Below are positions 25,979 to 35,069 of a stretch of 64,000 bases of DNA, piece by piece. The notes beneath the pieces were generated by a model. That model did no database searches. It was not told the DNA's origin and worked only from the letters and a program-made list of their open reading frames with translations. This DNA is from Candidatus Omnitrophota bacterium (GTDB lineage: Bacteria; Omnitrophota; Gorgyraeia; Zapsychrales; JANLHA01): NCBI GenBank assembly GCA_020632555.1, contig JACKFI010000001.1:65750-129749 (forward strand). Reading direction: 5' to 3'. Each line of letters begins with the position of its first letter. Position 1 is the stretch's first letter. The position numbers and the translations under genes are program-made.

Positions 25979-26767
25979 CAGACAGATTTTTGGGCCCCTA
26001 CAGATTTTTGGGCCCGTTGATATCGACGGCGGCTGAAATGTCCCGCGCAACATCTCTTTTTTCGTTCCGTAGCCAGCAAATTTCTCAACAGTAAACCCGG
26101 CGGTTTCTAGGCCGCGGCGTACCGCCCCAGCGACGGTAAAAGTCGAAAACGTTGTGCCCCTCTGGCTTAACCGCGCCATCCCGGCAAAGACATCCGGGAC
26201 CCACATCCGCGGATTAGCAAACGGCGAAAATCCGTTTAACAACCAACCGTCAACTTTCGGCAAGGCAATCTTTTGCTTAAGTATTATCGCCAAGGCATCT
26301 ACTACGTCGGCAAAAACAATGGTTAAATGCGCTCGATGCTCTGGAAAATCAAAGTCACCAATGCCCTGGCTACAGGGTTGATATTGACTAACTAAGAGCT
26401 GCCGATATTTGGCCAGTGGTAACCACACGCTCAAGGCCCGATCCAAATCCATCTGTGACAAAGGGTACAGTTCAATCGAAATAAAATGCAACGTCCACGA
26501 GGCGGGAGCATACTGTTCCCATAATTGCCACAGACAACAAAAACTCATGCCCGTTCCAAAACCGGTTTCGATAATTCGAAAGGTGCCCTTTTGCGTCGGG
26601 TCCAATTGCGCAAAGCGCTGTGGCAAAGTACTGCCGTAGATTAAAATATGACGATATTCTTCGTAACCGTTTTGGGTACAAAAATATTTGTCACGAAATT
26701 CAATGGAATGAGGTACGCCTTTGGCGTCCCAACGAATGGGCTGTGAAACTGAAGTTTTGGAATTCAT
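25952..26767 (-). CDS. mnmD: tRNA 5-methylaminomethyl-2-thiouridine methyltransferase (MnmC N-terminal/DUF752-type, stand-alone); last 8 codons and stop supplied by IS copy 2
   Basis: Motifs FRIIETGFGTGMSF, DGWLLNGFSPFANPRMW and GYGTKKEML are present. The true start is ATG 26767 (MNSKTSV...). The track ORF extends 63 codons upstream through the neighbouring gene. Confidence 0.8.
   Translation of the reverse strand: MNSKTSVSQPIRWDAKGVPHSIEFRDKYFCTQNGYEEYRHILIYGSTLPQRFAQLDPTQKGTFRIIETGFGTGMSFCCLWQLWEQYAPASWTLHFISIELYPLSQMDLDRALSVWLPLAKYRQLLVSQYQPCSQGIGDFDFPEHRAHLTIVFADVVDALAIILKQKIALPKVDGWLLNGFSPFANPRMWVPDVFAGMARLSQRGTTFSTFTVAGAVRRGLETAGFTVEKFAGYGTKKEMLRGTFQPPSISTGPKICRGPKICLCNPKMIMS
25979..25993. 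repeat. Target-site duplication, right of IS copy 2
   Basis: cagacagatttttgg overlaps the first unit of an 18-bp tandem repeat. Confidence 0.8.
25982..26017. repeat. 18-bp tandem direct repeat x2
   Basis: The units are acagatttttgggcccct and acagatttttgggcccgt. They encode the GPKICRGPKIC tail of the mnmD-like ORF. Confidence 0.8.
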
Positions 26768-26769
26768 TC

Positions 26770-26964
26770 TTAACCTAACGATAAAAGAAAACTTAAAATA
26801 ATCGTAACCGCGACGATCACAAAAACCCATGTCCACGGCATCGAGCGCATCATCCCAATACCGCCGCCGGAATGACGTCCCAGACTTTCGCCGCAAAAAT
26901 GGCACAATAAAGCGTCCTCGTCGTAAATTGTATTTTTGCAATGCGGACACACACACTCATACAT
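26770..26964 (-). CDS. Zinc-ribbon protein with C-terminal TM helix (64 aa)
   Basis: CPHC...CHFC is followed by the hydrophobic stretch WTWVFVIVAVTIILSFLLSL. It ends 2 nt before the mnmD-like start. Confidence 0.6.
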   Translation of the reverse strand: MYECVCPHCKNTIYDEDALLCHFCGESLGRHSGGGIGMMRSMPWTWVFVIVAVTIILSFLLSLG

Positions 26965-26988
26965 AAAACGCTACTCCTGATAAAAGTT

Positions 26989-28005
26989 TTAAACCCACCT
27001 CACCGCGTGAGCGGTTTCCAACAAAAGATTGTTTAAAAAAATATCGCCGTCGGCCGCAGCGATAAAGACATCCGCCAAATAACGGTCGTACTTGCCCGGT
27101 CGGCTGCTGCGCACAGTAATTGTCTGCGATTGCTTGATCAAAGATTGAACAAAATCTTTGGCTGCCTGACCTTCCTTGGTTTTAAGCTCCGGGCAATCAA
27201 TACCGCGTAAGCGCAACGTTTCGGTTCGCTGAAAATCAAAGCCTTGATCAAAACGAACTTTCAAAGTATCCCCGTCGATAACGCGCTCGACCTTCGCCTC
27301 ATACGTATACAACCAGCTGTCTGTCGCGTCAGCAACTTTGGCAAAACGATATTGCCCCTCTTTAAACGACGAACACACAATGTCCCCTTGCGTCAATTGC
27401 GCCGCGGCACGAATTTTGATCTTCTCAAAATTGCGAAATCCCAAATCCAGCAGCAAATCACTTTCGCCAGCTTGCGCAACATCAGGGCGGCGAATGACTT
27501 TGTAATGATACAAGAGCCCCCGTAAAGGTTTTAATAAACTCTCTGGCGAAAACTTTTTTGCAGGCAAATCAATGGTCTGGGAAGGCTTCTCTTGTTTGAC
27601 CAGAGCACTCAGCTCTTGAATGCTTAAGCCCTTGCTCTGAATGTTTGCCTCCAAGCCTGCCCGCTGGTCCTCGTCTGAAATTTTGAGCAATTCGCAAAAA
27701 TGCGACCACTTCAATTTCGGCGATATCGCCGAAATTTGCAATTTAGGGTAGGTTTTTGCGAATTTCACGCAGCGGGTTAACAATGTTTGGCTCAATCCCA
27801 AATCACCAGAAAGCTTAGCAATAACCTCTGACCCATACTGTGCCCGCGCTTTATTTTCAAGAATATCTCGTAAAATCACTTTACCGGTTTCCCAATAAAT
27901 ACGAATCTTAATTTGCGTGATTTGTTTCTGCCCGTCCAATAAAATCCCGCGAACCTTTTTAAGCAGAACTATATATGAATTAGAATGTGATTGCGGCACC
28001 GACAT
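26989..28005 (-). CDS. DUF1016 (YhcG) N-terminal domain fused to a staphylococcal-nuclease (SNase)-like domain
   Basis: The N-terminal half has the DUF1016_N pattern (IYWETGKVI...AQYGSEVIAKLSGDLG...CVKFAKTYP). The C-terminal part has the SNase pattern (VIDGDTLKV...LRLRGIDCPE...GQAAKDF...DRYLADVF). Confidence 0.75.
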   Translation of the reverse strand: MSVPQSHSNSYIVLLKKVRGILLDGQKQITQIKIRIYWETGKVILRDILENKARAQYGSEVIAKLSGDLGLSQTLLTRCVKFAKTYPKLQISAISPKLKWSHFCELLKISDEDQRAGLEANIQSKGLSIQELSALVKQEKPSQTIDLPAKKFSPESLLKPLRGLLYHYKVIRRPDVAQAGESDLLLDLGFRNFEKIKIRAAAQLTQGDIVCSSFKEGQYRFAKVADATDSWLYTYEAKVERVIDGDTLKVRFDQGFDFQRTETLRLRGIDCPELKTKEGQAAKDFVQSLIKQSQTITVRSSRPGKYDRYLADVFIAAADGDIFLNNLLLETAHAVRWV

Positions 28006-28070
28006 GTGCTAATCCTATCAAAACACGGGGCATCATTCCACAAAACTTTATTTTGGAATTGCAAAACTCC

Positions 28071-28141
28071 GGATAACATCGCAACACCCTGTTCGGTAAA
28101 AACATACGGGCGATACTTCATATGTTCTCCTCTCTTTAAAG
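28071..28141 (-). pseudogene. Remnant of a third ORF6N-family gene (internal ~70 bp only)
   Basis: It is near-identical to 28976..29045 within the complete copy (ggataacatcgcaacacc.tgttc.gtaaaaacatacgggcgatacttcatatgttctcctctctttaa). The same upstream-type spacer follows it. Confidence 0.7.
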
Positions 28142-28174
28142 GGTAGGATTTATTTGGTGAAGACCAAACAATAT

Positions 28175-28687
28175 TTATTTTGAATGAAATCCAATCTTAC
28201 GTTTTTGCGGTTCTGGTTCTGGGGTCATCAGCCGGCGAATAGCGTCAAAGACAGCTTTAAACTGGACATCATATTTATTTTCTAATTGCTCAAGCTTACG
28301 CGCAAGCTCTATATGCGAAGCCAAAATTTGTCTTAAACGCACAAAGGCGCGCATGATTTCAATGTTTACGGCAACAGCCCGCTTGCTTCTTAAAACACTC
28401 GAAAGCATGGCAATCCCCTGCTCAGTAAAAGCATAAGGCCAAGATCCGCCAACATGACTCATGCTTGGTATCGCATTTTGCGATACCAAGACCTGCACCT
28501 CAGCTTTTGTAAGCTGAAACATAAAATCAGCCGGGAATCTATCTCGATTGCGTTTCACCTGCTCTCTTAACCGTATGGGTTTAACTTGATACAAGTCAGC
28601 CAGATATTTATCCAGCATAACTTTATGCCCACGAATCAAAAGAATTTTGTTCTCAATCATTTCCGTCGGAACCAATACTGTGGACAT
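28175..28687 (-). CDS. ORF6N (KilA-N-related) DNA-binding domain protein
   Basis: The N-terminal pattern is [25 protein letters not shown]...[15 protein letters not shown] strong AAGGAGGA SD is present. Confidence 0.85.
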   Translation of the reverse strand: MSTVLVPTEMIENKILLIRGHKVMLDKYLADLYQVKPIRLREQVKRNRDRFPADFMFQLTKAEVQVLVSQNAIPSMSHVGGSWPYAFTEQGIAMLSSVLRSKRAVAVNIEIMRAFVRLRQILASHIELARKLEQLENKYDVQFKAVFDAIRRLMTPEPEPQKRKIGFHSK

Positions 28688-28741
28688 GCGTCCTCCTTGT
28701 TTTTGAGGGGTAAAATTTATTTATGGAAAACCAAATAATAT

Positions 28742-29263
28742 TTATTTTGAATGAAAGCCAATCTTGCGTTTTTGCGGTTCTGGCTCTGGTGCCATCAGAC
28801 GGCGAATAGCTTCAAAGACAACGACAAACTTTTTATCATGTTCTTCAAACTTTCTTTCAAGAGCATCAATCTTCTGAGCTAAATCATGATGCGTTAACAC
28901 AAATTCTTTAATTTTCACAAAAACCCGCATAATCTGAATATTAACTTCAATGGCACGCTCACTATTGATCACGCTGGATAACATCGCAACACCTTGTTCA
29001 GTAAAAACATACGGGCGATACTTCATATGTTCTCCTCTCTTTAAGGTCGCAAATTGCGACCTTAAACCTTTAGCTTCAGCCAGTGTTAGTTCAAACATAA
29101 AGTCGTCGGGAAACCGCTTCCTATTACGATTAACCTGTTCTTTTAACCGTTTAGTCGGGATATCGTAAAGAATCGCCAAATCACGATCGAACATAACCTT
29201 CTTACCACGGATCAAAAAGATTTTGTTTTCAATGATTTCCGTCGGAACCAATACTGTGGACAT
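28742..29263 (-). CDS. ORF6N (KilA-N-related) DNA-binding domain protein, tandem paralog
   Basis: It has the same N-terminal pattern as 28175..28687. Its C-terminal tail is near-identical to that gene's ([15 protein letters not shown]). Confidence 0.85.
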   Translation of the reverse strand: MSTVLVPTEIIENKIFLIRGKKVMFDRDLAILYDIPTKRLKEQVNRNRKRFPDDFMFELTLAEAKGLRSQFATLKRGEHMKYRPYVFTEQGVAMLSSVINSERAIEVNIQIMRVFVKIKEFVLTHHDLAQKIDALERKFEEHDKKFVVVFEAIRRLMAPEPEPQKRKIGFHSK

Positions 29264-29314
29264 GCGTCCTCCTTGTTTTTGAGGGGTAGGATTTTAAAGT
29301 GGGGAAAATACAAA

Positions 29315-30376
29315 TTAACAAATACGCGGCAATTGCTCGCCGCTGATCATATCGACAATGCGCTTAACACCGATGAGGCTTTCCATGGTTACGCAAGGTG
29401 TCGGCGGGCTGACAACTTCACCAATCACCGCCGCGCTGGCTCCCAAAACATGCTGGCGCATAACTCGCAGAGCATCTTGCGCGCATTCTTTCGGGACAAA
29501 AGCAACAAACCGACCTTCACAAGCGACGTACAAAGGATCAAAACCCAACAGTTCGCAAGCGCCTTTGACATCTTCTCGCACCGGTATCAAACGCTCAACC
29601 AGTTGTATTCCTTTTTTTGCCGCCATCGCAATTTCATTCAACGTGCTGGCCATGCCCCCGCGCGTTAAATCTCGCAAACAGTGAAGCATCAAGCCAGCGT
29701 CGAGCAGTTGGCCAACCAAATCCGCCACCGGCGCGCAATCGCTTTCGATATTGCTTTCAAATTCCAAATTTTCGCGCTGCGCCATAATCGCCATCCCGTG
29801 ACGGCCAATATCACCGCTGACAATAATCTGATCACCAACAGCAACCGAAGACGGCGAAATATTCTGCTGATGCAGCAAAGTTCCAACGCCAGCCGTATTA
29901 ATAAAAATTTGATCCGCTTTCCCCTTGTCGACAACCTTGGTGTCCCCGGTAATAATTTTGACGCCCGCTTGATCGGCTGCAGCTTTCATCGACAAAACAA
30001 TGCGCCACAATAAATCCATCGGCAAACCTTCCTCAAGAATAAAGCCCGCGCTCAAATACAAAGGTTTAGCGCCCGCCATCGCCAGATCATTGACCGTGCC
30101 ATTGACCGCCAAAGACCCAATATCTCCGCCGGAAAAAACCACAGGACTGACCACGTAGGAATCGGTGGTGAATGCCAAACGAGCATCAGCCGGCGGTAAA
30201 AAAACCGTCGAATCATGGGCACAATCCAAATCGCTAGAGCCAAAAGCGGCGCGAAACATTTTCTCAATCAACTCATGCATCAAGGTTCCCCCGCCGCCAT
30301 GAGCCAATGTGACCGTCGGATAATTGCGTATCGGTAACGGACAAGACAAAGCAAATTCTTTTTGTGATATGGTCAT
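29315..30376 (-). CDS. hypE: [NiFe]-hydrogenase maturation protein HypE
   Basis: It has the AIR-synthase-like fold pattern and a C-terminal PRIC motif. The true start is ATG 30376 (MTISQKEF...), 1 nt after the hypD stop. Confidence 0.95.
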   Translation of the reverse strand: MTISQKEFALSCPLPIRNYPTVTLAHGGGGTLMHELIEKMFRAAFGSSDLDCAHDSTVFLPPADARLAFTTDSYVVSPVVFSGGDIGSLAVNGTVNDLAMAGAKPLYLSAGFILEEGLPMDLLWRIVLSMKAAADQAGVKIITGDTKVVDKGKADQIFINTAGVGTLLHQQNISPSSVAVGDQIIVSGDIGRHGMAIMAQRENLEFESNIESDCAPVADLVGQLLDAGLMLHCLRDLTRGGMASTLNEIAMAAKKGIQLVERLIPVREDVKGACELLGFDPLYVACEGRFVAFVPKECAQDALRVMRQHVLGASAAVIGEVVSPPTPCVTMESLIGVKRIVDMISGEQLPRIC

Positions 30377-30377
30377 T

Positions 30378-31481
30378 TTAAAAACCCGCCTGGCTGGTAG
30401 ACCGACGATACCGATAATATGCCGCGCACGCTCCCTCGGAAGACACCATCGGCGCGCCCAATGGTTTTTCCGGCGTGCAACGCACACCAAAAGCCGGGCA
30501 TTGATGCGGTTTTTTCAAACCCACTAAAATTTCGCCGCTGATACATTCGCCGCTTTCCTCAACCTTGTATCCACTCAAATCAAAACGCGTTTGCGCATCA
30601 AATGCCTGATATTCTTTTTGTAAACCCAAACCACTGTGTTGAATCTCTCCTAAACCCCGCCATTTGCGCGGCACAATACAAAAAACCTGTTCAATGATTT
30701 TACGCGCGTGCTTATTCCCGTCGGGCAAAACCGTACGAACATATTGATTTTCCACCTGCGCCCGGCCCTCTTCCAATTGTTTGACGCACAAATAAATCCC
30801 TTCCAAAATATCCAATGGTTCAAAGCCCGTCACAACAATCGGCACTTTGTACTTGGGCGCCAATGGCTCGTACTCCCGATATCCCATAATCGCGCACACA
30901 TGCCCAGCAGCCAAAAAACCTTGCACCCGATTGCTCGACGATGATAAAATCGCTTCCATGGCCGGCGGAACCAAAACATGCGACACCAAAATCGAAAAGT
31001 TTTTCACTCCGTCTTGTTTAGCTTGATAAACCGCCATGGCATTGGCCGGGGCGGTGGTCTCAAACCCGACGGCAAAGAAAACCACTTGTTTATCTGGATT
31101 TTTCTTGGCCAAAGCCAAAGCGTCCAACGGCGAATAAATAATGCGCACATCAGCGCCCTGCGCCTTGACGCTGAACAAATCATTCTTTGAACCCGGCACA
31201 CGCAGCATATCCCCAAATGAACAAAAGATCACATCCGGCCTAGCCGCCACCGCAAGCGCTTGATCAATCAACTCCAACGGCGTCACACACACCGGACATC
31301 CCGGACCATGCACCAATTCAATATTTTTTGGCAAAAGTTCATCAATGCCAAATTTCACAATCGCATGCGTTTGACCGCCGCAGATTTCCATCAAAACCCA
31401 CGGGCGCGTGGTGATTTTATGAATTTCTTTCGACAACTTTTGAGCCAATTGCGGATTACGATATTCATCTAAATATTTCAT
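30378..31481 (-). CDS. hypD: [NiFe]-hydrogenase maturation protein HypD
   Basis: Motifs are [18 protein letters not shown] and [10 protein letters not shown]. Confidence 0.95.
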   Translation of the reverse strand: MKYLDEYRNPQLAQKLSKEIHKITTRPWVLMEICGGQTHAIVKFGIDELLPKNIELVHGPGCPVCVTPLELIDQALAVAARPDVIFCSFGDMLRVPGSKNDLFSVKAQGADVRIIYSPLDALALAKKNPDKQVVFFAVGFETTAPANAMAVYQAKQDGVKNFSILVSHVLVPPAMEAILSSSSNRVQGFLAAGHVCAIMGYREYEPLAPKYKVPIVVTGFEPLDILEGIYLCVKQLEEGRAQVENQYVRTVLPDGNKHARKIIEQVFCIVPRKWRGLGEIQHSGLGLQKEYQAFDAQTRFDLSGYKVEESGECISGEILVGLKKPHQCPAFGVRCTPEKPLGAPMVSSEGACAAYYRYRRSTSQAGF

Positions 31482-31523
31482 GTGATGTCCCTACCTGTCT
31501 ATTTTCCCTATGTCCTTTATCTT

Positions 31524-31554
31524 GTCATTGCGAGGCCGTCAGGCCGAAGCAATC
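31524..31554. repeat. REP-like palindromic unit in the hypC-hypD spacer
   Basis: gtcattgcgaggccgtcaggccgaagcaatc belongs to the same family as 3839..3872 and, inverted, 49631..49663. Confidence 0.6.
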
Positions 31555-31614
31555 TGTAACAAAAACAAATTAACTTCACTAACGGTTCCAAAAACGGTAG
31601 ACATTAATTTTCAT

Positions 31615-31866
31615 TTATCCATGAAGTTCTTCCAATTCACCCATTTTTTCTAAATACGAAAAAACTTTTTGGGCTTCCTCTTCCTGCACAACCGCAATGG
31701 CAAACCCGACGTGCACAACCACATAATCCCCCAGCTTAGCCTCGGGCACATACGCCAGCGACACCTCTTTGAGAATACCGCCAAAATTGACCTTGCCCTT
31801 AACCAGCAAAGGGTCCGCGTCAGCGTTAACAATCTTTTCTATTTTTCCAGGAATGGCTAAACACAT
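31615..31866 (-). CDS. hypC: [NiFe]-hydrogenase maturation chaperone HypC
   Basis: It has the MCLAIPGKI N-terminus and is 83 aa long. Confidence 0.95.
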   Translation of the reverse strand: MCLAIPGKIEKIVNADADPLLVKGKVNFGGILKEVSLAYVPEAKLGDYVVVHVGFAIAVVQEEEAQKVFSYLEKMGELEELHG

Positions 31867-31879
31867 ATTTTTATTCTCC

Positions 31880-34225
31880 TTAAGAGGGCTTATTATACCC
31901 TAATCCTGTCTGATCCCAAGCCCTTTCCTGCAAACGCGCCGACGCGACCACCACCTGCCCCAAAGCCAACCCGCCGTCATTAACAGGAATCCGCTGCGGC
32001 CAATACACCGCAAATCCCTTTTTTTGCAAGCGCTCGATGATTTGTTCCAACAAATATTTATTTTGAAAACAGCCGCCGCCCAAAACCACCGTCGGACATC
32101 GAACCCGCAGAGCCATTGCAACGCTCAGCTCAACGAGCGTATTATGAAATTTTAAAGATATCAAACCCGGCCGCACGCGCGCACGCACATCATCAATAAT
32201 TGCCCGCATCATATTCTCCCAATCAAAAATCCAGACAATCCCGTCGCTAGTCTTTTGCTCTGTAAGAACATAAGGATAATACTCTTCCCCCAATTCTGCT
32301 GATAAAGCAAACTCCAACATCATCGCGGCCTGTCCTTCAAAAGACGATTGCAGACAAATTCCCGTCAAAGCACTGACTGCGTCAAACAAACGCCCCATAC
32401 TGCTGGTCAGCGGCGAATTAATGCCGCTGTTTAACATTTGCGCCAATACTTTTATTTCTTGCGATGAAAATTGCGCAAAGCAAGGCAAATCACAATACGC
32501 CTCCCATTGGCCGGCTGACAATTCAAAAATCAAACCCAAGGCTGTTTTGCAGCATTGCCGTACAGCCGCGTCCCCGCCGGGCAATCGAAACGTACGCACA
32601 TGCCCATAACGCCGATAATCCCGTCGAGTGCACAACAAAAATTCTCCGCCCCAAATGGTGCGATCATCACCCAAACCCGTTCCATCCCAAGCCAATCCCA
32701 AAACTTCTTCATCCAAATCATGCTCAGCCATAACTGCGGCAATATGCGCGTGATGATGTTGCACGGCAAGATATTCTTGACAGCTATTTTGCGCAAAACG
32801 AGTCGAGAAATAATCCGGGTGCAAATCCCCGGCGTAACTGACAACCGGCGGCGCATAAAAATCAGTCAAATCATTCACTGCTTTTTCAAAAACCCGAACC
32901 GACTCACTGGTTTGTAAATCACCAATATGTTGACCAACAAACACATTGCCTTTGACTTTGAGCGCAATCGCACTTTTATAATGCCCGCCCACACCCAGAA
33001 TAGATGTCTCTTGATCCGCAATCGCTATCGGCAAGGGCGCGTAACCGCGAGCCCGTCGAGAAACAGACACCTGTCCTTTGATCAAACGCGCAACCGAATC
33101 ATCCAACGGCCGCACAATCGGGCGATTGTGCACCAGAAAGAAATCCGCGATCGCTGACAATCGTTTAACAGCTTCATGTTCATCAGTGCACAATGGTTCA
33201 TCAGAAATATTGCCACTGGTCGCGACCACCGGTAAACCCAAAGCGGCCAGCAATAAATAATGCAATGGCGTATACGGCAACATTGCGCCCAAGTACGGAT
33301 TGCTGGGTGCTATTGACAGCGCAAGAGCCGGAGAATTCTGGCTAGCACAACGTTTGGCAAGCAAAACAATCGGAGCTTGCGCAGAACGCAATAAATCTTC
33401 TTCCATTTGAGAAACGACACAATGCGACGCAATCATTTCAATCGACGGGAAAAGCACAGCCAAAGGTTTTTGCTCACGGTGCTTGCGTTGACGCAACCGC
33501 CGCACCGCCGAATCATTACCCGCGTCGACTAATAGTTGAAAACCCCCCAATCCTTTGAGCGCCAAGATTTTTCCTTGCCGCAAAATATCAACAGCACGCT
33601 CTAAAGCCTTTTGTGTTTTTCCTAAAACACGACCCTCTGTCGTCCATAATTCTAAATGCGGACCACATTGCGGGCACGCATTAGGTTGCGCGTGAAATCG
33701 GCGATTTTTAGGGTCATCAAACTCACATTGACAATCTGCGCACATCACGAAATGTTTCATCGACGTATTGACCCGATCATAGGGCAGACGTTTAATAATA
33801 GAATAGCGCGGTCCGCATTGCGTGCAATTGGTAAAAGGATACCTGAAACGACGATTGGACGGATCAAAAATTTCCGCGCGGCATTGTGCACACGTCGCCA
33901 AATCCGGCAAAGCAATTGCTGTAGGTATCGATCCTGGCTGACTCTTGGAAATAATAAATTCCACAAACCCCTGCGGCTCAACCGACACACACGTCATTGT
34001 CTGAACCACCGCTTGCCTCGGAGCTTGCTCTTTTAACTGATTACAAAACTGATCAATGGAATTTTGAAGACCCTCGACGGAAATAACAACTCCGGCAGAC
34101 GTATTACGAACAAATCCTTTTAAACCTAACCTTTGGCTCAAACGATAAACAAACGGACGAAACCCCACGCCTTGCACAGCGCCTTTGATTTCAATGCACA
34201 CTGCGACAATGGCTTGTTGCCCCAC
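31880..34225 (-). CDS. hypF: Carbamoyltransferase HypF
   Basis: It has an acylphosphatase-like N-terminus (VQGVGFRPFVYRL) and two CxxC...CxxC zinc fingers, followed by YrdC-like and Kae1-like regions. It has a GTG start. Confidence 0.95.
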   Translation of the reverse strand: MGQQAIVAVCIEIKGAVQGVGFRPFVYRLSQRLGLKGFVRNTSAGVVISVEGLQNSIDQFCNQLKEQAPRQAVVQTMTCVSVEPQGFVEFIISKSQPGSIPTAIALPDLATCAQCRAEIFDPSNRRFRYPFTNCTQCGPRYSIIKRLPYDRVNTSMKHFVMCADCQCEFDDPKNRRFHAQPNACPQCGPHLELWTTEGRVLGKTQKALERAVDILRQGKILALKGLGGFQLLVDAGNDSAVRRLRQRKHREQKPLAVLFPSIEMIASHCVVSQMEEDLLRSAQAPIVLLAKRCASQNSPALALSIAPSNPYLGAMLPYTPLHYLLLAALGLPVVATSGNISDEPLCTDEHEAVKRLSAIADFFLVHNRPIVRPLDDSVARLIKGQVSVSRRARGYAPLPIAIADQETSILGVGGHYKSAIALKVKGNVFVGQHIGDLQTSESVRVFEKAVNDLTDFYAPPVVSYAGDLHPDYFSTRFAQNSCQEYLAVQHHHAHIAAVMAEHDLDEEVLGLAWDGTGLGDDRTIWGGEFLLCTRRDYRRYGHVRTFRLPGGDAAVRQCCKTALGLIFELSAGQWEAYCDLPCFAQFSSQEIKVLAQMLNSGINSPLTSSMGRLFDAVSALTGICLQSSFEGQAAMMLEFALSAELGEEYYPYVLTEQKTSDGIVWIFDWENMMRAIIDDVRARVRPGLISLKFHNTLVELSVAMALRVRCPTVVLGGGCFQNKYLLEQIIERLQKKGFAVYWPQRIPVNDGGLALGQVVVASARLQERAWDQTGLGYNKPS

Positions 34226-34240
34226 CCCAAACCCCGCTCT

Positions 34241-34591
34241 TTAAGAATTGCACAACTCAATAGACTCAACCGTAATCTGATTGCCCCGAATCGGCTTAAC
34301 ATCGACGGCATAACATAAAGGACAAGCCACCAAGTGATGATCTTCAACAAAGGTCGCTTGCTGACAATGCGGGCAATACACTTCCATAGATTCTTCTTTC
34401 AAATCCAAATGAACACCTTCCAAAGTCGTGCCCTTGGTCAAAACTGAAAAATGCATTTTCACCGCATCCGGCACTAAATGAAAAACTTCCCCCACCTTGA
34501 CCAAAACCGACTTGGGCTTTTTACCGGGAAATTTCTTCAACTCGCTGATAATCGCATCTACGATCTTTTCTGAAAATTGACCTTCATGCAT
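34241..34591 (-). CDS. hypA: Hydrogenase nickel-insertion protein HypA
   Basis: It has the MHE N-terminus and zinc site CPHC...CPLC, and is 116 aa long. Confidence 0.9.
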   Translation of the reverse strand: MHEGQFSEKIVDAIISELKKFPGKKPKSVLVKVGEVFHLVPDAVKMHFSVLTKGTTLEGVHLDLKEESMEVYCPHCQQATFVEDHHLVACPLCYAVDVKPIRGNQITVESIELCNS

Positions 34592-34598
34592 AATCCCC

Positions 34599-35069
34599 TC
34601 ACCTTGTAGTTGCTGATTGACTGTGCATTAAAAACTCCTCAACCCGAGCCATCGCCTGCGGAATCAATTCTTTTACCGACGCTGACAAAATGTTGCCAAC
34701 ATCAAAGTTCTGGCCGCGCACACAGCAAACATACAAATTCAAATTTATTTCATACAACTCTTGGGCCATAGCCAAAAGAAATTCGGGAGATAAATGATGC
34801 GATGACGCCTGCGCAGCAACACCGTGACATTCAATCTTTTTTAGCACCACACCAGATCCAACCGCCCCCGCATCAATTATCAGAATTCTTTCATAGCCAA
34901 TCGCGTCTTCTAACAACTCAATATTAAGCAATTGGGACGTGATCACGCTGATGCCAGCAATATTTTTCTTTGCGATCTTCTCAGCAATCAGCGGACCGAC
35001 CCCATCATCACTGCGTAAAAGATTACCAACACCGACAACAAAAACTTTTTTATCCTCTTTGGATAGCAT
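34599..35069 (-). CDS. hoxW: Hydrogenase maturation endopeptidase (HoxW/HycI family)
   Basis: The motif is VVGVGNLLRSDDGVGP. Its position directly after hoxH fits the call. Confidence 0.85.
   Translation of the reverse strand: MLSKEDKKVFVVGVGNLLRSDDGVGPLIAEKIAKKNIAGISVITSQLLNIELLEDAIGYERILIIDAGAVGSGVVLKKIECHGVAAQASSHHLSPEFLLAMAQELYEINLNLYVCCVRGQNFDVGNILSASVKELIPQAMARVEEFLMHSQSATTR

Noticed and set aside
26768-26956. N-terminal 63-codon extension of the mnmD-like ORF as given in the track
   Set aside because: The extension runs through the separately supported zinc-ribbon gene in another frame. The conserved domain starts at the Met at 26767, 2 nt after that gene's stop.
30377-30490. Track N-terminal extensions of hypE (to 30490) and hoxE (to 39992)
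   Set aside because: Both extensions overlap the upstream genes extensively and are Arg/Trp-rich nonsense. Internal ATGs at 30376 and 39917 give canonical HypE and HoxE N-termini.
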